From assembly GCF_000011805.1 (NCBI RefSeq), contig NC_006841.2: a stretch of 32,000 nt of DNA; one strand, 5' to 3'. Shown piece by piece: positions 31,051 through 32,000 of the stretch; position 1 is the first letter of the stretch; each line of letters begins with the position of its first letter. The notes under the pieces are model-generated. The model ran no database searches, had not been told where the DNA came from, and worked only from the letters and a program-made list of their open reading frames with translations. Position numbers and translations under genes: made by a program. Source of the DNA: Aliivibrio fischeri ES114 (GTDB lineage: Bacteria; Pseudomonadota; Gammaproteobacteria; Enterobacterales; Vibrionaceae).

Positions 31051-31258
31051 TATTTAGAAAAGGCTTATATCGAAAGGTATAAGCCTTTTTGCTATCTGCG
31101 ATTTAAGAAAAGAGCCTTTTTACTTTCTACGACTTAAGAAAAGGGGAGTGAGTTTGCTTGAATATGAAAGCAGATGTACATCGAAAGTTATTAGCTTTTT
31201 CTTTTAAAATGCCTCCAATTTGTTAGAATATCGCGCATATTTAAAGGAGAGTAATACA

Positions 31259-32000
31259 ATGTCAATGTATGTAGTGGGCCATAAGGTTCCAGATTCAGAT
31301 TCAATTTGTGGTGCGATTGCACTAGCTTACTTAAAAAATCAGATTGGTGAAGCAGCGATTCCTACTCGTTTAGGTGAAGTATCTCCTGAGACTGCATTTA
31401 TCCTAGAAAAATTTGGCCTTGAAACGCCAGAATTAAAAACAAGTTACGCTGGTGAAGAAGTGTACATTGTTGACCATTCAGAGTTAACTCAAGCACCTGA
31501 CGATATTGCAGAAGCCACTATCGTAGGTATTGTTGATCACCATAAATTAGGTGACTTAACAACTTCAACTCCTCTTGAGTGCTGGATTCGTCCTGTTGGC
31601 TGTAGTAACACAGTTATTAAGATGATGTATGATTTTTACAATGTAGAAATTCCACAAAACATTGCTGGTATCATGTTATGTGCAATTTTAAGTGACACTG
31701 TAATTTTCAAATCACCAACATGTACAACGGCTGATATCAAGTGTGTTGAAGCACTAGCTGAAATTGCTGGTGTTGAAGATTTCAAAGCACTAGGCATGGA
31801 AATGTTTAAAGTAAAATCAGCAGTAGAAGGTACACCAGTACGTGATCTTGTTATGCGTGATTTTAAAGATTTCAACATGAATGGCGATCTTGTTGGTATT
31901 GGCCAATTAGAAGTGATCGATCTTTCTGTATTTGATGAAATTAAAGAAGAGTTAGAAGCTGATATCGCAGCAATGAAAGCTGAAGGTAACCGCCACACTA
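31259..32000 (+). CDS. ppaC: manganese-dependent inorganic pyrophosphatase, family II (DHH/DHHA2); 3' end lies beyond the window
   Basis: ATG follows AAAGGAGA. MSMYVVGHKVPDSDSICGAIALAY...VYIVDHSE...GIVDHHKLG...ILSDTVIFKSPT carries the DHH-family motifs of family II PPases. The ORF is open to base 32000. Confidence 0.9.
   Translation, partial: MSMYVVGHKVPDSDSICGAIALAYLKNQIGEAAIPTRLGEVSPETAFILEKFGLETPELKTSYAGEEVYIVDHSELTQAPDDIAEATIVGIVDHHKLGDLTTSTPLECWIRPVGCSNTVIKMMYDFYNVEIPQNIAGIMLCAILSDTVIFKSPTCTTADIKCVEALAEIAGVEDFKALGMEMFKVKSAVEGTPVRDLVMRDFKDFNMNGDLVGIGQLEVIDLSVFDEIKEELEADIAAMKAEGNRHT

Noticed and set aside
31636-31998. A 120-aa minus-strand ORF.
   Set aside because: It is antisense to the ppaC coding frame, which has unmistakable DHH-family motifs.

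Overview
The window looks like core chromosome from a low-GC member of the Vibrionaceae. The 16S sequence looks Aliivibrio-like to me, but that is from memory and not searched. Gene order from left to right:
- the 3' end of a 5'-nucleotidase-family gene and a small DUF1127-like gene
- two translationally coupled TPR/GGDEF paralogs on the minus strand
- a minus-strand cluster of deoD, a 489-aa transposase-like zinc-ribbon protein and a SorC/DeoR-type regulator
- ktrAB potassium uptake
- an MscS-family channel
- a cytochrome b561 / cytochrome c' pair
- NUDIX and DUF3820 genes
- a small secreted protein
- an aldo/keto reductase
- pyrC
- arfA
- a lone tRNA-Gly(UCC)
- a 776-aa Lon-like protease
- an orphan 409-aa basic protein with its own strong promoter
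- a DOPA-dioxygenase-like gene
- kbl-tdh
- a LysR regulator and a small P-loop kinase-like gene
- a complete rrn operon: 16S, tRNA-Glu-Lys-Val, 23S, 5S, tRNA-Trp
- the 5' part of a family II inorganic pyrophosphatase gene (ppaC)

I found no CRISPR array, intact IS element, prophage or recognisable defence operon, and I cannot point to a clear multi-gene novel system. The observations most worth follow-up are:
1. The IS1/IS1595-like zinc-ribbon + HTH protein fixed between deoD and the SorC regulator, with no IS ends.
2. The coupled pair of a degenerate-GGDEF protein and an active-GGDEF protein.
3. The orphan 409-aa protein next to a Lon-like protease that has non-canonical Walker motifs.
4. arfA, whose stop codon sits at the tip of a long hairpin that also serves as a terminator.
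5. A 179-bp imperfect-palindrome element immediately after ktrB.
6. A tandem duplication of the 3' half of tRNA-Trp together with its terminator.

All functional calls come from reading the supplied translations for motifs. No database search was run.
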